Below the pieces are notes generated by a model, which saw nothing but the letters and a program-made list of their open reading frames with translations, made no database searches and had not been told where the DNA came from. A DNA stretch of 63,993 bases, the filler included, from Neolecta irregularis DAH-3 (lineage: Eukaryota), in the NCBI GenBank assembly GCA_001929475.1. It is 7 parts of 7 records of this genome, joined end to end, with 100 filler letters (N's around TTAATTAATTAA, not from the genome) between each part and the next. Parts side by side here need not be neighbours in the genome. Positions count along the whole stretch, not along the records: positions 1 to 28,169 come from LXFE01000337.1; 6 more parts are not named here. One strand, given 5' to 3'. Positions 12,001 through 25,017 of the stretch are shown here, one piece after another. The number at the start of each line of letters is the position of its first letter. The first letter of the stretch is position 1. The position numbers and the translations under genes were made by a program.

Positions 12001-14578
12001 TCCTAGTGATGCTGCCAATGGAAACCTCGGCGAGGAAACTACAGTTGTTGCTGAAAATCCAGATGAGACAACCCAGGACGAGGCACTCTCAAAAGCCCAC
12101 CATACTACCACTGAAGGCGAACCATCCAGCAGCAAACATGAAAACGAAAGTGACGATCAGACCCATGTTGGATCTATGGGAATTCAGCTGGAAAATAAAC
12201 ATGGCAATGAATCTGCCGTTGTATCGTCTCATCCACCATCAAATCCAAACCCAGAGAGAGAAACCTCATCAAACGAATCAATACCTAAGATTCCGATTGT
12301 TTCTGTACCTCCTCCACCTCCAATACCATCCACATCAACAGTTGCTATCCCTACAATCATTGTTCCTCCTCCCCCACCACCACCGCCGTTATCTGGCTTC
12401 AATGGTCCACCTCCGCCTCCCCCGCCTCCCTTACCAGTGAATGCACAATCGTTACTTGTATCTCCACCTGTCCCACCTCCTCTACCAGGTTTAACTCCTG
12501 GTCCAGGGCCACCGCCTCCTCCCCCTTTGTCTGGTTTATCACTGGCTGGTCCGGCTCCTCCACCTCCTCCACTGAGCGGCATTCGAGCAGGAAAAGTGAA
12601 ATCAACCATCTCTAATGGTGATTCAAACCTGCCATTACATACCGGCGAAATTGGATTATCAGGAATACCTATAGTTAATCCACAAATCAGAGTTCAGAAG
12701 ATTTCAGTCAGACCGAAAAAGAAATTGAGGCAAATGCATTGGGACAAATTAGACACAAACATTGAGTTTACTGCGTGGGGAGATAAAAAGCTCGACGCAA
12801 ATGTACTATGTAATAAACTGCGAGAACGGGGCCTCCTTGAAGACATTGAAAAAATGTTTGCCATGAAGGAGATCAAGGTTAAAATAACCGTTCAGAAGTC
12901 GGATAAGAAGCAGTATATGCCTCATAATTTGAGGCAAGCCATGGGTAATTTTCGTAAAGATTAGGATGCATTGAATGTCTAGATATTAATCTCCGACCCT
13001 GGGTTAACATCCCAGAGCTTGAATTCGTCAGGAAAGTCCTTCGCTGTGAGAAAGACGTTCTAGAAAATTCCGTCGTAATGAACTTTCTCGGAGATGAGAA
13101 AATATGGAGAAATGAAACTTTGGTAGTTTCTAGAACCATGTCAGATCTGATCTTCAAGGCACATAAATTGATTTCCTATTCTACAGACTGGTCATCGCAA
13201 AAGAACAAACCTACTTCTAACCCCGACGAATTGGACCGAAATGATCGTATATGGCTTGAGCTGTGCTACAATTTAAGACCATACTGGGGTAGACGAATGG
13301 CCGCTCTCAACATGACTCAGTCCTTTCAAGAATCTTATCAGATTTTCGTCGCGGATATTAAGTTGTTCTCGAGAGCATCAGATGCAATTAGAAAATCTCA
13401 GTGTTTTCGAGAGATACTTGATGTCATCCTTCATGTTGGGAACTTTATGAACGATACAAGCAAACAAGCGAATGCCTTCAAACTCAGCTCACTACAAAGA
13501 TTACAATACACCAAGACCGACCATGGGAATCTTACCTTTTTACATTTCGTGGAGAAGGTTGTCCGGGATATGTTCCCTGAACTTCAAGAGTTCCTTGAAG
13601 ATCTGGCTATATGTAAGGAAGCCGCATCCCGTATATTTTCATATCCCGTTCTGTGCTAATGAGTCAGGATCGGTCAAAAGCACCCAAGAAGAATGCAATA
13701 AATTCCTTCAGGAAATCAAGCTTATTGAAAACTCCTTGGGTCAAGGCGTCCTCTCGGATTCCAAGAAATTTCACCCGGAAGATCGAGTTCTTAGCATTAT
13801 TGTTCCTGCACTCCCAGAATTCAAGAAGAAAGCGACATTTCTTCGAGAACATCTCGATAGCATGATAACTACATTTGATGATACGCTCCGCTTTTTCGGA
13901 GAGACGGCTGGAGATGCAAATGCTCGTGACGACTTTTTCAAGATGATTACACTTTTCCTTAATGATTATGTCCGGGCGAACCGCGAAAATATGGAAAGAG
14001 AAGAAAAGGAACGAGCTCTCGAGCTCCGTAGACGCGCACTGGGGAATGCTCAGATCACCGCAAAACATCGTCAGGATATGATGTTTGATAATTCTGGGAA
14101 ACAAATCGACCATTCACTTATGGATAATCTTCTTGAAAAACTTCGTGCAGGACCCGATACAGCCCGAGAACGAAGGCGGCAACGCAATGCAATGATTGCA
14201 AGTCCTACTTCCTTGTCTGGGACCATGAAAAATAACCAACCACCAGTTGTTGATCTTACGACTACTTCTGCTCCTGGCAACGCAACATTAAATATTGCCT
14301 TGCGGGCTCAAAATATGCTGGCTGGTCTCCGCGGACAGACTCCTACTCCTTCGGTAGCTAGCGAATCATTCGAGTCAGATACTTCCACTTCGACAGTAAT
14401 AACTCCTTTAACAATCGCCAACGATACTCGTCATACGCGTCGTCAGACCGAATACCTACTGAACCAGTTTCTCCTGGAAAAGGAACGATCACCATCTCCT
14501 AGACCATCAACAACTGAGTCCTTGATGCCCTCACAGTTAGTCGATGATTCTCAGGCAGAAAATAAGGTACAGGAGTGA
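9072..14578 (+). CDS. Diaphanous-related formin (GBD/FH3, poly-Pro FH1, FH2, DAD), SepA/Bni1-like
   Basis: LNNKYGADDA, TIDGRGKMGSLVGAS, poly-proline FH1 (~12300-12570), RPKKKLRQMHWDKL, VGNFMND...FKLSSL, LMDNLLEKLR (DAD). Confidence 0.93.
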
Positions 14579-14811
14579 CTCAGTTGTTTTTCCTTCTGTT
14601 CTCTAGTTAGTCTCGTTTTGTATAATACTCATTCTGATGTTTCCATTTTTTTCGAGAACAACTTTGATAGATTTATTTTCTTATGGCGTTCTAGGACGAT
14701 GGTTCGGTCTTAATACACAGTGTCACAACACATGCATATTTTTCAAGGTCTATACTGAATAAAGTTTTTATTCTAACAATACTGAACAGTGAGGTGAATG
14801 GTTTTAATATC

Positions 14812-16215
14812 TTAGGCCTGGACTGAACGTTCTCCATCTTTGTCAGCATTAGTTTGCCTATCGTTTCTTCTATGGAATCTCCATCTCTGACTCTTTCTAA
14901 TGTCTGCCACATTGAGATACTGCACTGCTGGCTCCTTCAAATAGTCAAACTTGATCGTAGGATTTAGCGCCATAAACTGAAAAGCCTTCTCGGAGCTTTC
15001 CGGTTTATTCAATACGATAACTGCGATTGTCCGCTCAAAACTCTAAAGGTCAAGGATAGAAGAAGGACGAGGCTACCTCATCAGGGAGTATTTCACCGCG
15101 GATAACTGGAGCATTATAGAGATTGGTCAAGTTTACTGTCACTTTAAGGTCGTACTGGATAGATATTTGAGGAAGAGAAATTGATTGGGGGAGATCCTCT
15201 GGAATATGAATGATTCCAGTGAGATGTCGTAAGCTGACTCGAAACGGGTATATTCTTGCGTCTACAGCTTCAAAATACCTTGAACAATGTCGAGTGGTGC
15301 CGACTGAAGCGCACTTGTCCTGCTTATCTGGAATGGTCAAGGTGCAGAGGAGGTCCAGCGAATAAGAACTCAGTTCGAGCTTTCTGTTCCCCTTACGCTT
15401 TATACCAAATGAGATTGAAAGATCTGATCCTCGGTATGCGATAATGGGTTGTTGAACAGAAAGCCAAAAATCAAGATGATCTGTCAATTCAAGAAATCGA
15501 TGTAGAGGGATGATCTTGCGATCATAGTCAATCCCGTCCAGCAAAAATCGTTTGTTTAAAGGCTTGAGGAATGTTGGGAAAGCGGGTAAGGAGTGGTGTT
15601 GCTGCAATGACTCGACACATATCGAGCAAATTTCGACAGGGAATCTATCACGGAACCTAGAAACTGCTGTTAGTTGAAGATTATAGCTTTTCTTAGCAAT
15701 AATTTCCAAATTTCACATACTGAATTCTATAATTCTTACCGTAAATTCCAGAGCTTGGTAGAAGAGTATATGGACAGGTCTGGTTGAAAATCTTCCAATA
15801 ATCAGTGGATGATACATCCCTTGCAATAATTTTGAAAGATGATCCTCTTTTGAATTTGGTTTGGTATGAGATATTGAGCATGTACACCGGTATTTCCATC
15901 TCTGGGAGGGTGACGGGGAAATCTGTCAGCAGTCGTCCGTCTCTATACAACGACCATGAGAAGAGATTCCTACTGAAAAACTATTGACTATAAGCAAGTG
16001 GAATAAGCTGAACATGCTAGATCTTTGTAATCCCCCGGGCAATCGCTCTTCAAATCATCTGAAATATACCCATGAAGATCGAGAGACATATTTACGAGGC
16101 TGTGCCTGTCGATATCACCAAAGACAGTTCCTTTCAATGGTTCTCCTGCAACCAATCGAGGGTTTCCTTCAGCAGAAATGAAGTTCTGGATTGGTTTGAA
16201 GAGAAGGTTGGGCAT
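14812..16215 (-). CDS. Putative arrestin-like protein (multi-exon)
   Basis: LVAGEPLKGTV...LDLHG; FPVTLP...LLPSSGIYG...YRIHYNLQL; IPEDLPQSISLPQISIQYDLKVTV. These resemble arrestin N/C beta-sandwich motifs; exons join by GT-AG introns. Confidence 0.55.
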
Positions 16216-16633
16216 AACAGGACATCAAAATTGCTGTTGAGTCACAGTCGACGTTCATGCTGAATCGACGTTCATGCAACATCGACTTATCCTATGCATT
16301 TTTATCACCAGCTACTTACAGTTCCAATTTATTGCCTAATAACATACCAGGTCTATATAGGAACGAGTGCATCTCGAAATTTAAGGTCTAGATACTCAAA
16401 CAAGGTAGTCGTTCGCACGCCACACCAAAACTCTGGTCGAATCTTGTATACCGTTTAAAAAAGGTCTGTAATAAACTTCATTGTTCTGAGGGATATCTCG
16501 AATAGTCAGCAGGAGATTTCAAACAATATTTCAGTTGGGAGCTCAAAATCCTATTTACCTCGAAAGGTTTCACCTTTATGTTCTTGTCCCTATGATCAAT
16601 AAATATTGAAACTCCTACTCAGTAGATCTCTGG

Positions 16634-18823
16634 TCAGTTACTAATCTGGGATTTGGTCCATCCTTCGAGTCCACCTTTAACAAACAATTCCTGAACCATT
16701 CCGCCAAGTTCGCCAACACTTTCCGACCAATGCTCTTCTGAATCTTCAGTAATGAAAACCTGACTCCTCCTAATATCCCATCGAAATATCCATCCAGTAC
16801 GAACAGTCGGACCTCCATTTTTGAATTTTTCTCGAAGACGAGAAATAAGTCTCGGGACTTCAAGACATAGCAATGCATTATTGATACAGTTCCGCTTGAA
16901 AATATCGCCAAATGAACCTGAGACCACAAGGGTAATTTGTCGCGAGCGAAGCGCAGTGGCTGCTTGTTCTCTAGATGACCCTGTTCCGAAATTGAATCCA
17001 GAAACAAGGATGTCGCCCTGATATTAGTCTAGAATCCATGTACAAAGAGTTTACGGGTTTGCATATACGACTAAACTGTGAATCATAATTCTCCATACAA
17101 ACCTGTGACATTTTCTCCTTTGAGATATTGTCTTGATATGTATATTTACCTGGATAGATTGCGTCAGTATTCAAATTATTCACATCACAAAAAAGGATCG
17201 CTCCCTCAATAAATTCAGGGAACCCAGGAATGATATCAACATTCATGGTACTGGCATTCTTCTTAGCAGAATTCAGAACTTGGATCGAAGTCTTTGGGAT
17301 TGCACTGTCATAGTGAAATCCCTCTGGCCCAGCGATCTTTCCAGCTAATGCACTAGCTGCAACGACAGCAGGACTAGCTAAATAGACAAGTGCCTTTGGA
17401 CTTCCCATTCTTCCCTTAAAGTTTCGATTCGTTGCACTGATTCCGGTTTCTCCGTCTTCGAGTAGCCCAGTTCCAAGTCCTACCTAATCAACCCAAAATG
17501 GAATAGAAATATATACCGATACATGGTCCACAGCCGCTAGGAAGAGGTTTTGCCCCGGCCTCTAATAGAGCTCCCCAATCTCCAGAATGTTCAGCGTCGA
17601 GTTGAACTTTAGAACTGGCAGCAGCAATGTAAAAGTTAACTGCAGGAGAAATTTTTCTGCCTCTGACGACAGAAGCGGCAGCAGAGATATCAGAAACTCG
17701 TGAATTTGTACAAGAGACCAGATATGCCTTTTGAATTGGAATATCTCGTTTAGTAAGATCAGGTAACGCAGTCGACAATTTGACGCTATTCGGACCGGAT
17801 ACATGAGGTACCAAAGTAGATAGATCGAGCGTTAGATGTTTTGCATAAATGGAATCAGGGTGAATTTTGAATGGAACAGCCTCTAGTTGTTCAATGCGTT
17901 GATTAGACAATCTGGAATTTCCCGGGTTTCGTTCTGATAAAGCGTAATACCACTCTAGTAATATCTTATCAACGGGAAAGAGGCCGCTCAAGGCACCCCA
18001 TTCAGTAGTCATATTGGCAATTGTAAGACGTTCATCGATTTCCAGAGCACCTACTCCGGGCCCCACGAATTCGATGGCATGATTGAGGACTTCGTCTTTA
18101 TTAAACATTCCACATAGGGCGACAATGACGTCCTTACCAGTAACACCATGCCTTAAAGAACCGGTTAACTCAACTTTTGCGACAGGTGGAATCTGCCACC
18201 ATGTTCGGCCAGTTGCCCAGATCGCAGCTGCATCTGTACGGACAACTGGAGTTCCCAGACAGCCTACGCCTCCGTACATGTTTGAGTGTGAGTCGGATGC
18301 AACTGTCATAGTGTAAGGAAATGCATAGCCTTCTTCGACTATGATTTGATGTCCAATTCCACGGCCAGCAGGATAGAAATCAATTCCGTGTTTTCTTGCA
18401 AACTGTTCTATATTGCGGTACTTTTGGAGATTTTCGAGAGATTTATTCTGGACGTCGTGGTCCAGTGTAAGCACTGCCTGTCGAGAATCGTAGATTTTGG
18501 ATGCGCCAATGTTTATGAATCTGCGATGTCAATTGATTTTCCTGATCATAAATTACTTTTGCGCGACAGGCCATGCTATTCCATCAGCCATACGGTCCAC
18601 TGGACTCCTTACAGTTATCATGCGACATGACATGTTCTGGCTTTATCGAAACATAGTCTCCACTATGTACAAATTTTCCGGGTTGTAAACCAACTGCGTA
18701 CTTTTGAACGATTTTCTCAGTAAGAGATTGTGCAGGAACGGATGCAATCGTAATCGATGCAAACCTCCATCTCAGCGCAAATTGATTTTGTCGAGGAACA
18801 CGGTTGAGCGGACGAGTTATCAT
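16634..18823 (-). CDS. LYS4: Mitochondrial homoaconitase
   Basis: [75 protein letters not shown]. Includes a 19-nt micro-exon. Confidence 0.96.
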
Positions 18824-18999
18824 CAAGGAGATTGCAGACCAAAATTTCAAGTGGAGACTTCTTTTTGCGCAGAAGAGGGTGTGATAGCTGCTGTACAACC
18901 CATTTTCTCTTTAAACAATTACTACATTATGGCATTAGTAGGAAATCAACAGGGTTAAAGAATCTGGGCCGTGTATTTTGGTGTTTAAAGTACAAGTTT

Positions 19000-20305
19000 C
19001 TCCATGGTTTTTCAGAGACGACCACTTTGAGCAAGGAAAAATTACAGGACAAACAAGAATAGCTCAGCTTGTCTGGAACGTTCTCGGGACAACTTAAGAG
19101 TTTGACATGTATTTGGAATCAGGGGTTTCTCCATGTGAGATATTCTTGATGCCAAGTAATACCTGTCATATTTCAGTTGTCTTGAGATAATCCAGCCTGT
19201 CATCTTGTCAATCTTTGGAGAAAGATTTGGCGTTGAGGACAGGCAAAATTTGACTACTCCCGAAATACTGCTCAGTTGATCATACTTTATCTATCAAATC
19301 GTACTCCCCATCAAAGTATCCAGTTTCAAAGAACTTGAAAATTTCACGATAATTCTGCTATATAGTGAACTTGACAATTCAGTTTTGTGTTTTTTGGGTA
19401 CCAAAGTCTGGTTCCATTCTTTGATCGGCCGAATATTGCAGCAATTTCCCCTACTTAGAAACCTTGGGTTTCCATCACAAATCAACCTTTATTTGGTAGA
19501 AAGAGTATCTAGAGGTACGCATCATCTTGAGGTCTATTATTTGGAGGGTTGTTAATTGCTTGTTTCCACTTTGTTTGATTTGCAGATTTAGGTTGGAAAG
19601 ACGGTTTGTAAGGCAGTAAAGGCATTCTTCCAGGTGGACTTCCTTTATCAAAATCAGGATAGAGATCATCAAAGGCCTGCTGTAGTTCTTTTTCTTTGAA
19701 TTGTCGTAGAATGGCATACCCAAGACTGCATTGCTTCCAGGTCTTGCCTCCCCGCTTGTACGATCAGCAATAAAAACAATAGGAATTCAAACTCGCAGGC
19801 CGAGCAACAAACGACCTTGCTCTTTGCTCAAAATACCCTTGGACTGTCTCGGTGATGAAAGATTCTGAACTTGTAATTCTTCAAAGATGCCAGATTTTCC
19901 CACATGCCGCGATTCAGATAGTCTTTTCGATACGATGGGTTGAGGCTTTATATGGTTCTGGCTCGAAGAAGATTGGGATCCTGATTCTGCGGACCCTCTA
20001 GGGCCTCTGTATAACTGATTCCATTTGAATGTTGAGCGTGGTTTTTGGAAAAGGACATTTTCAAGGGTTCCAGATTCTTCATTCTTCATGTTCAGTTGCT
20101 TGTATACAAGATCGAATATCACTGTGACGTTTCTTGGGATTCTTCTCTCTCGGCGACTAGCCACTTCTCTCGCAAATGGTTGTATTCGAATTGAAGGACT
20201 GGGTACGACTGTCCGGGAACGAGAAGTCACAGCGGTTTCAGTGAGACTGCAAGTCGATTGATACTCTGAATCAGAATCATCGCTGATTTCGATAACTTGT
20301 GGCAT
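19000..20305 (-). CDS. Hypothetical multi-exon protein with a Myb/SANT-like motif; 3' end uncertain
   Basis: MPQVIEISDDSDSE... ORF; after an intron LSKEQGRLLLGLR..GKTWKQCSLGYAILRQFKEKELQQAF resembles a Myb repeat. Confidence 0.4.
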
Positions 20306-20712
20306 TAACGGAATATAAGTTTGGTGGAATTTGATCCTGACAATACTTAAACGCCCGGAGAGCCGATATCGATTAAGCCTGCTTGGTCTTTTCAAAATTT
20401 CAAATTGTATTGTAGAAGCATTCTTTATCGTACCATGTATGAGAGAGAGCTACTCATATCAAGGAGACTTGCCGGATTTTACCTTTCTAGTTCCTAGCTG
20501 ACTGAATATCAAGGTTTCGTTAGCTTCATCAAACGGTGCGAAAATTTGCGTCTACCCTCAAAGAAGACCTTCTGTGGAGACGCTATTGCAGCTTGAATCA
20601 GGATTATGGAATGGAATTTACACAGTGCCTCAAAGGAATATTGAATGATTAGATAAATGTATGTTCCTGATTGTATAGCGCAACTCAGAAAACGGTCCAC
20701 AAGACCACCCTT

Positions 20713-22788
20713 CTATTCAATAATAATGCCTAATGCCGGACAAGTACTTCCCAATTTCGTCTTCATTTCTTTCCATTCTTCGTCGATGCCACCTAAAGCT
20801 GTGATTGCTCCACCAGCTCCTACTTTCCATTCTCCATCAATTTTCTCCTGTACTGCGGTACGGATAACAACGCTGAAGTCTCCATTTCCACAAACACTCC
20901 AGTATCCAAGAACCCCGCTGTATATACCACGTTCCTCCTCTTCGAGGGTTTGAAGGATTTCAACAGAGCGTTTTTTGGGTGCCCCGGTCATGCTACCAGG
21001 CGGCAACGACCGGCTCAGCACATCAAAGCCTGTGTATGGTGGAGATAGTTGACCTTGAATAACACTGACAAGTTGAAAGACAGTCCGATATTCCTCGACC
21101 TGCATCAATTTTGGAACAGTTACATCGTCTGTAATACAATGTAAATCATGTCGAATAAGGTCGACGATCATCAGGTTCTCGGCCATTTCCTTTGGGACTC
21201 GAAGTTTACTTTCCGCTTCCGCGAATGTTGTGGTTGGAGTTTTGCGGATTGTGCCCTTTATTGGGCGAAGTTCAACTTTGCCATCACGAGTCCAGCTTAG
21301 AAATCGCTCTGGAGATGAGGAAAGTACTGTTGTTGAACCGAGACGGAGGTATGCCGCATAAGGTGCTGGATTTCGTGAACGTAAAGAATGGTACAAGGAC
21401 CACGAAGGAACATCTAACGGTAGAAGCACTCTTGTTTGAGCAGTCAGACATAATTCATATGAATTTCCGGATAAGAGATGTTCGGTACATTTTGCAATAT
21501 TCGATTTGTATTTTGCTTCTTCTGGTATTGAAATTTCAGCCCGATGATTTGTGGATATAGGCGGCGGCGATGCTGTAGCGGTTTGAAGCAGCAAAGCTGT
21601 CTTATTTACCCAATCATCATTCTGCTGAAGACTCTGAATATAGATCATCGACTTGTGTGTATCGATAACAACACTCCGGAAGACAAACACCAAATTCACA
21701 TCTGGACGATGACGTGAACCTCGAACGGCTACATTGAGGCTCGAGACACCGGCTTCGTAACTGAAATATCCGATTAGCCCGCCAGAAAAGGGAATATCAG
21801 GGAAAACCGGCGACGTAGCTCGAGCAGCCATGAATTTCGCTAGCCAAGACCATATGTCTCCCTCATGCGGTAGAGTGGTAGCACATCCGTTTTGTGTTAC
21901 AGTAACATGTAGATCATGGATGAAATACTGTATGATTTCCGACTTATTGCACGGAACTCCGACAAGGGAATATCGTCCGGGGACCGAGAGAGACTCTAAT
22001 AAAGTGACAGGATCTTCCTTATGGAGGTTGAGTCGCTGCACAATATCTGTTCCCAGAAGAGTAGATTGTAATGCAATACCAGTACCACGAGATAAGTTCA
22101 CTGACGTTATAGAACTCGGTAGAGATTGTGGCATGATGTCGAAATCAAAATGACACTCGAGTTGTCTTGATGGTCGATTGCTCTTGTTCCAGTTTGAAGC
22201 CAAATCCCAAAAGTTTAATATCAGCCGATTGCCTTCAGTCGAGCACACTGATTCAGGATGGTATTGAACACCCCAATAAGGCTTGTAAGGATGTCTTACA
22301 CCCATTAAAACTCTACCGTTCTCCTCATCATCTGCCCAGGATAGTGCTTCAAGGTCTTTTGGAAGTGTACAATGCAGTGAATGATATCGAACAGCTTGTA
22401 TTTCCTTGGAGTTGGCGTAAATGTCTGAAGCGAAGTGCTCAAGGAAGCTGATTTGCCCGTGTTTGACAGCTGAAAGCCTTTTAACTTCCCCACCAAATGC
22501 CATGCACAAGGTCTGCATTCCAAGACATACACCTAGTGTAGGAATATCGCAATTCCAAACATGACCGATCACACCAATATCTTTGGGGTTGGATGGATTT
22601 CCGGGCCCAGGGCCGATCACTACGGAATCAAAAGCCGGCAAATAGAGTTGAAGTTCTTCCAAAGAAAACTGATCGTTCCGAATCGTAACTACCCGGGATC
22701 CGGGTATGTTCTTCAATAACAGGGATCTCAAGTTATAGGAATAACTATCATAGGAGTCGATTAGGAGAATTCGAGGCACTGGAGACAT
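20713..22788 (-). CDS. ABZ1: Aminodeoxychorismate synthase (PabA-PabB fusion), intronless
   Basis: LIDSYDSYSYN, GPGPGNP, GVCLGMQ, RYHSL, QYHPES; SSPERFL, RPIKGT, AENLMIVDLIRHD, PPGSMTGAPK. Confidence 0.96.
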   Translation of the reverse strand: MSPVPRILLIDSYDSYSYNLRSLLLKNIPGSRVVTIRNDQFSLEELQLYLPAFDSVVIGPGPGNPSNPKDIGVIGHVWNCDIPTLGVCLGMQTLCMAFGGEVKRLSAVKHGQISFLEHFASDIYANSKEIQAVRYHSLHCTLPKDLEALSWADDEENGRVLMGVRHPYKPYWGVQYHPESVCSTEGNRLILNFWDLASNWNKSNRPSRQLECHFDFDIMPQSLPSSITSVNLSRGTGIALQSTLLGTDIVQRLNLHKEDPVTLLESLSVPGRYSLVGVPCNKSEIIQYFIHDLHVTVTQNGCATTLPHEGDIWSWLAKFMAARATSPVFPDIPFSGGLIGYFSYEAGVSSLNVAVRGSRHRPDVNLVFVFRSVVIDTHKSMIYIQSLQQNDDWVNKTALLLQTATASPPPISTNHRAEISIPEEAKYKSNIAKCTEHLLSGNSYELCLTAQTRVLLPLDVPSWSLYHSLRSRNPAPYAAYLRLGSTTVLSSSPERFLSWTRDGKVELRPIKGTIRKTPTTTFAEAESKLRVPKEMAENLMIVDLIRHDLHCITDDVTVPKLMQVEEYRTVFQLVSVIQGQLSPPYTGFDVLSRSLPPGSMTGAPKKRSVEILQTLEEEERGIYSGVLGYWSVCGNGDFSVVIRTAVQEKIDGEWKVGAGGAITALGGIDEEWKEMKTKLGSTCPALGIIIE

Positions 22789-23015
22789 CTAAGGCTAATC
22801 TAACGCAAATTAACGGATTTCCTTAGCTAGCAACAATACCACTCAAGGAATCGCCAGTGGTGAGTCAAAAGAACAAGATAATTATTGGGCGCGACTAAAA
22901 ATAAAATTTCTCGAGTTTGAGAGTTAATTATTCTGCCACCCCATCAGGCGAAACAACAGATGAGATGCTGGAATCTCATACATGTGGTGTTATCTAGTAA
23001 CCCACATTGGATGAA

Positions 23016-23816
23016 TCAGTAAATGTTATTATAACAAATCAAGCAATAAACATCTATCGTTACTTTTTCCATATCAGCATCAATCCATGATGCCTTTAAA
23101 CACTCTTTGTCATTAATAAAGAAGATTGGGAATTTTATAGAATGAATTTCACGGATCCGCTTCTCTAAACATTTTTGATGTAGCCATATCTGGCAGCAGC
23201 TGCACAACCACATGGGCTCATCGGCAGAATGGGGTTCCAGGCATTTACAATGATTCTTTGGTTTCTGACTTGTCAGTTCAACAATTGAATGGGAATACTG
23301 TCAGCTGCCCCTTCAAGGGACAAAACTTTTGCCTCCAGTAGAATGTTTGAACCAATTCATTTTCATTCTTATGTTCCCTCCACTGTATACAGGAACATTT
23401 TGCAGCAATTGTGTAGGCTGAAATGACCTGTTCCCAATCGGACCATATGACCTCATCTTCCCCATGGTACTTTTGACGACCACAGGGAAGCTCTTCAGGA
23501 CGATAGTACCAGCGGATTAGCACATAGACCTCCTTTTCGGTTCGAGCTCGAATTTCGACGATTTGCGCAATCCAATAAACTGAATTTTTCATATTTACGG
23601 TTGTTTCCTTGTTGTCATTGCTATTGTTGACCAAAACGTGATCTTTGACGCTTAAAAGCTGATCAGAAACTCGAATTAATTAGAATGTACAGGAAATCAA
23701 ACCATACTAGTACAAGATTCAAAGCGATCCAATCTATGCCAATCATCTGGTGCATCGTCGGGGAAGCGGGCTCTCACAGTCATTTTTATGTTGGTGGGAA
23801 AGATCCCTTCTCGCAT
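23016..23816 (-). CDS. BAH-PHD protein (EBS/SHL/EPR-1-like chromatin reader)
   Basis: BAH: YWIAQIVEIRA...VLIRWYYRPEELPCGRQKYHGEDEVIWSD, FYWRQ. PHD: HCKC...CSCC..WLHQKC...CLIC. Two introns. Confidence 0.85.
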
Positions 23817-24386
23817 TTTATAAATTCTTCCCGAGAGTGCAAGTCTACAGACCTTGCTAGCCTGTTTCCGTCGGCAAGCTCCGTGATGTATTACATTAAC
23901 AGCTGAAGCAGATGCCTCTGAGAAACGCACAATTCGTTCAGCTCCGCGTTCATATTTCAGTGAAGGAAGCTTAAAATAGGATATCGGCTTGAATCTGAAA
24001 AAAAAGTGTCAACATGAGAATTTAGAATAAAATTTCAAAGGAGCGCAACTGGTCACTTTAAACACTTTGGAAATTCGCTATATTAGACTACGGTTGAAGG
24101 AAAGAAATGTTGGAGGTATAGAGTCGGATCAGCGCTCATCCAAAGGAATAACGAGATCCCGGCTTAAATCCCGTCGCGTCAATCTTCATCCTTCCAAACC
24201 AACCTTGGGAGCTATTATCGAGTCCGTCCGGTCTTTGACAAGAGATTGTGTGGAGGGACGGTTATTAGGAATTTTGGAAAGTAGCGAAAAGATTAGCCGA
24301 TATGGGTTTTATAGCGGTTTCCAAACTGAGACTAATTAGCGACCTTTTCCAACAACTGTTCCTCTGACCTACTTAGTTCTGCGAGT

Positions 24387-25017
24387 ATGGGATATGACAA
24401 GACAGACAGCCAGCGTGATAGATCAAGAGACCGAAATGCGAGAACTCGCAGAGACCGCTCGAGAAGCCCCCGGGTTTATGGTATAGTCCTTTTTCGAATT
24501 GTTTTAATCTCAAGACCGCAGAGATGACAAACCATACGATAGACGACGACGAAGCCCTTCTCGCGACCGGGATATGGGCGGAAAGGGATCTCGAGTGCGA
24601 TCTGAGGATATTAATGGACGATTTTCGAGAAAAAAAGACCGGAGGAGATCGCCGTCGAGAGAACGAACGCAAGACTATCGACAAATATCTAGAAGCCCTC
24701 GGAGACACACCCGGTCTCCCTCAAGGACTCGAGAACTGCATAAAGATGGACCAGAGAGACCGGCCACACGCCCTGGAGAAGGTTGTGGTCACATACGAAG
24801 CACTCTAACATTTGCAGATCATCTTGAGCCAGCCCCGGAAATAGACGAAGAGGCTGGACTAATGAAGCTGATGGGATTTTCTGGATTTTCTTCTACGCAA
24901 GGCAAACATATTCCCGGAAATACCGCAGGTGTTCTTAAGAAAGTAAAACCTCAAAAGTTCCGACAGTACATGAATCGACCTGGCGGATTCAACAAACCTC
25001 TGGAATCTAGCTCGTAA
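24387..25017 (+). CDS. SNRNP27: U4/U6.U5 tri-snRNP 27 kDa protein
   Basis: RS/RD-rich N-terminus; MKLMGFSGFSSTQGK...FRQYMNRPGGFNKPL. Confidence 0.9.

Noticed and set aside
16248-16277. Direct repeat TCGACGTTCATGC x2 upstream of the arrestin-like gene
   Set aside because: Short local duplication; no function can be supported.
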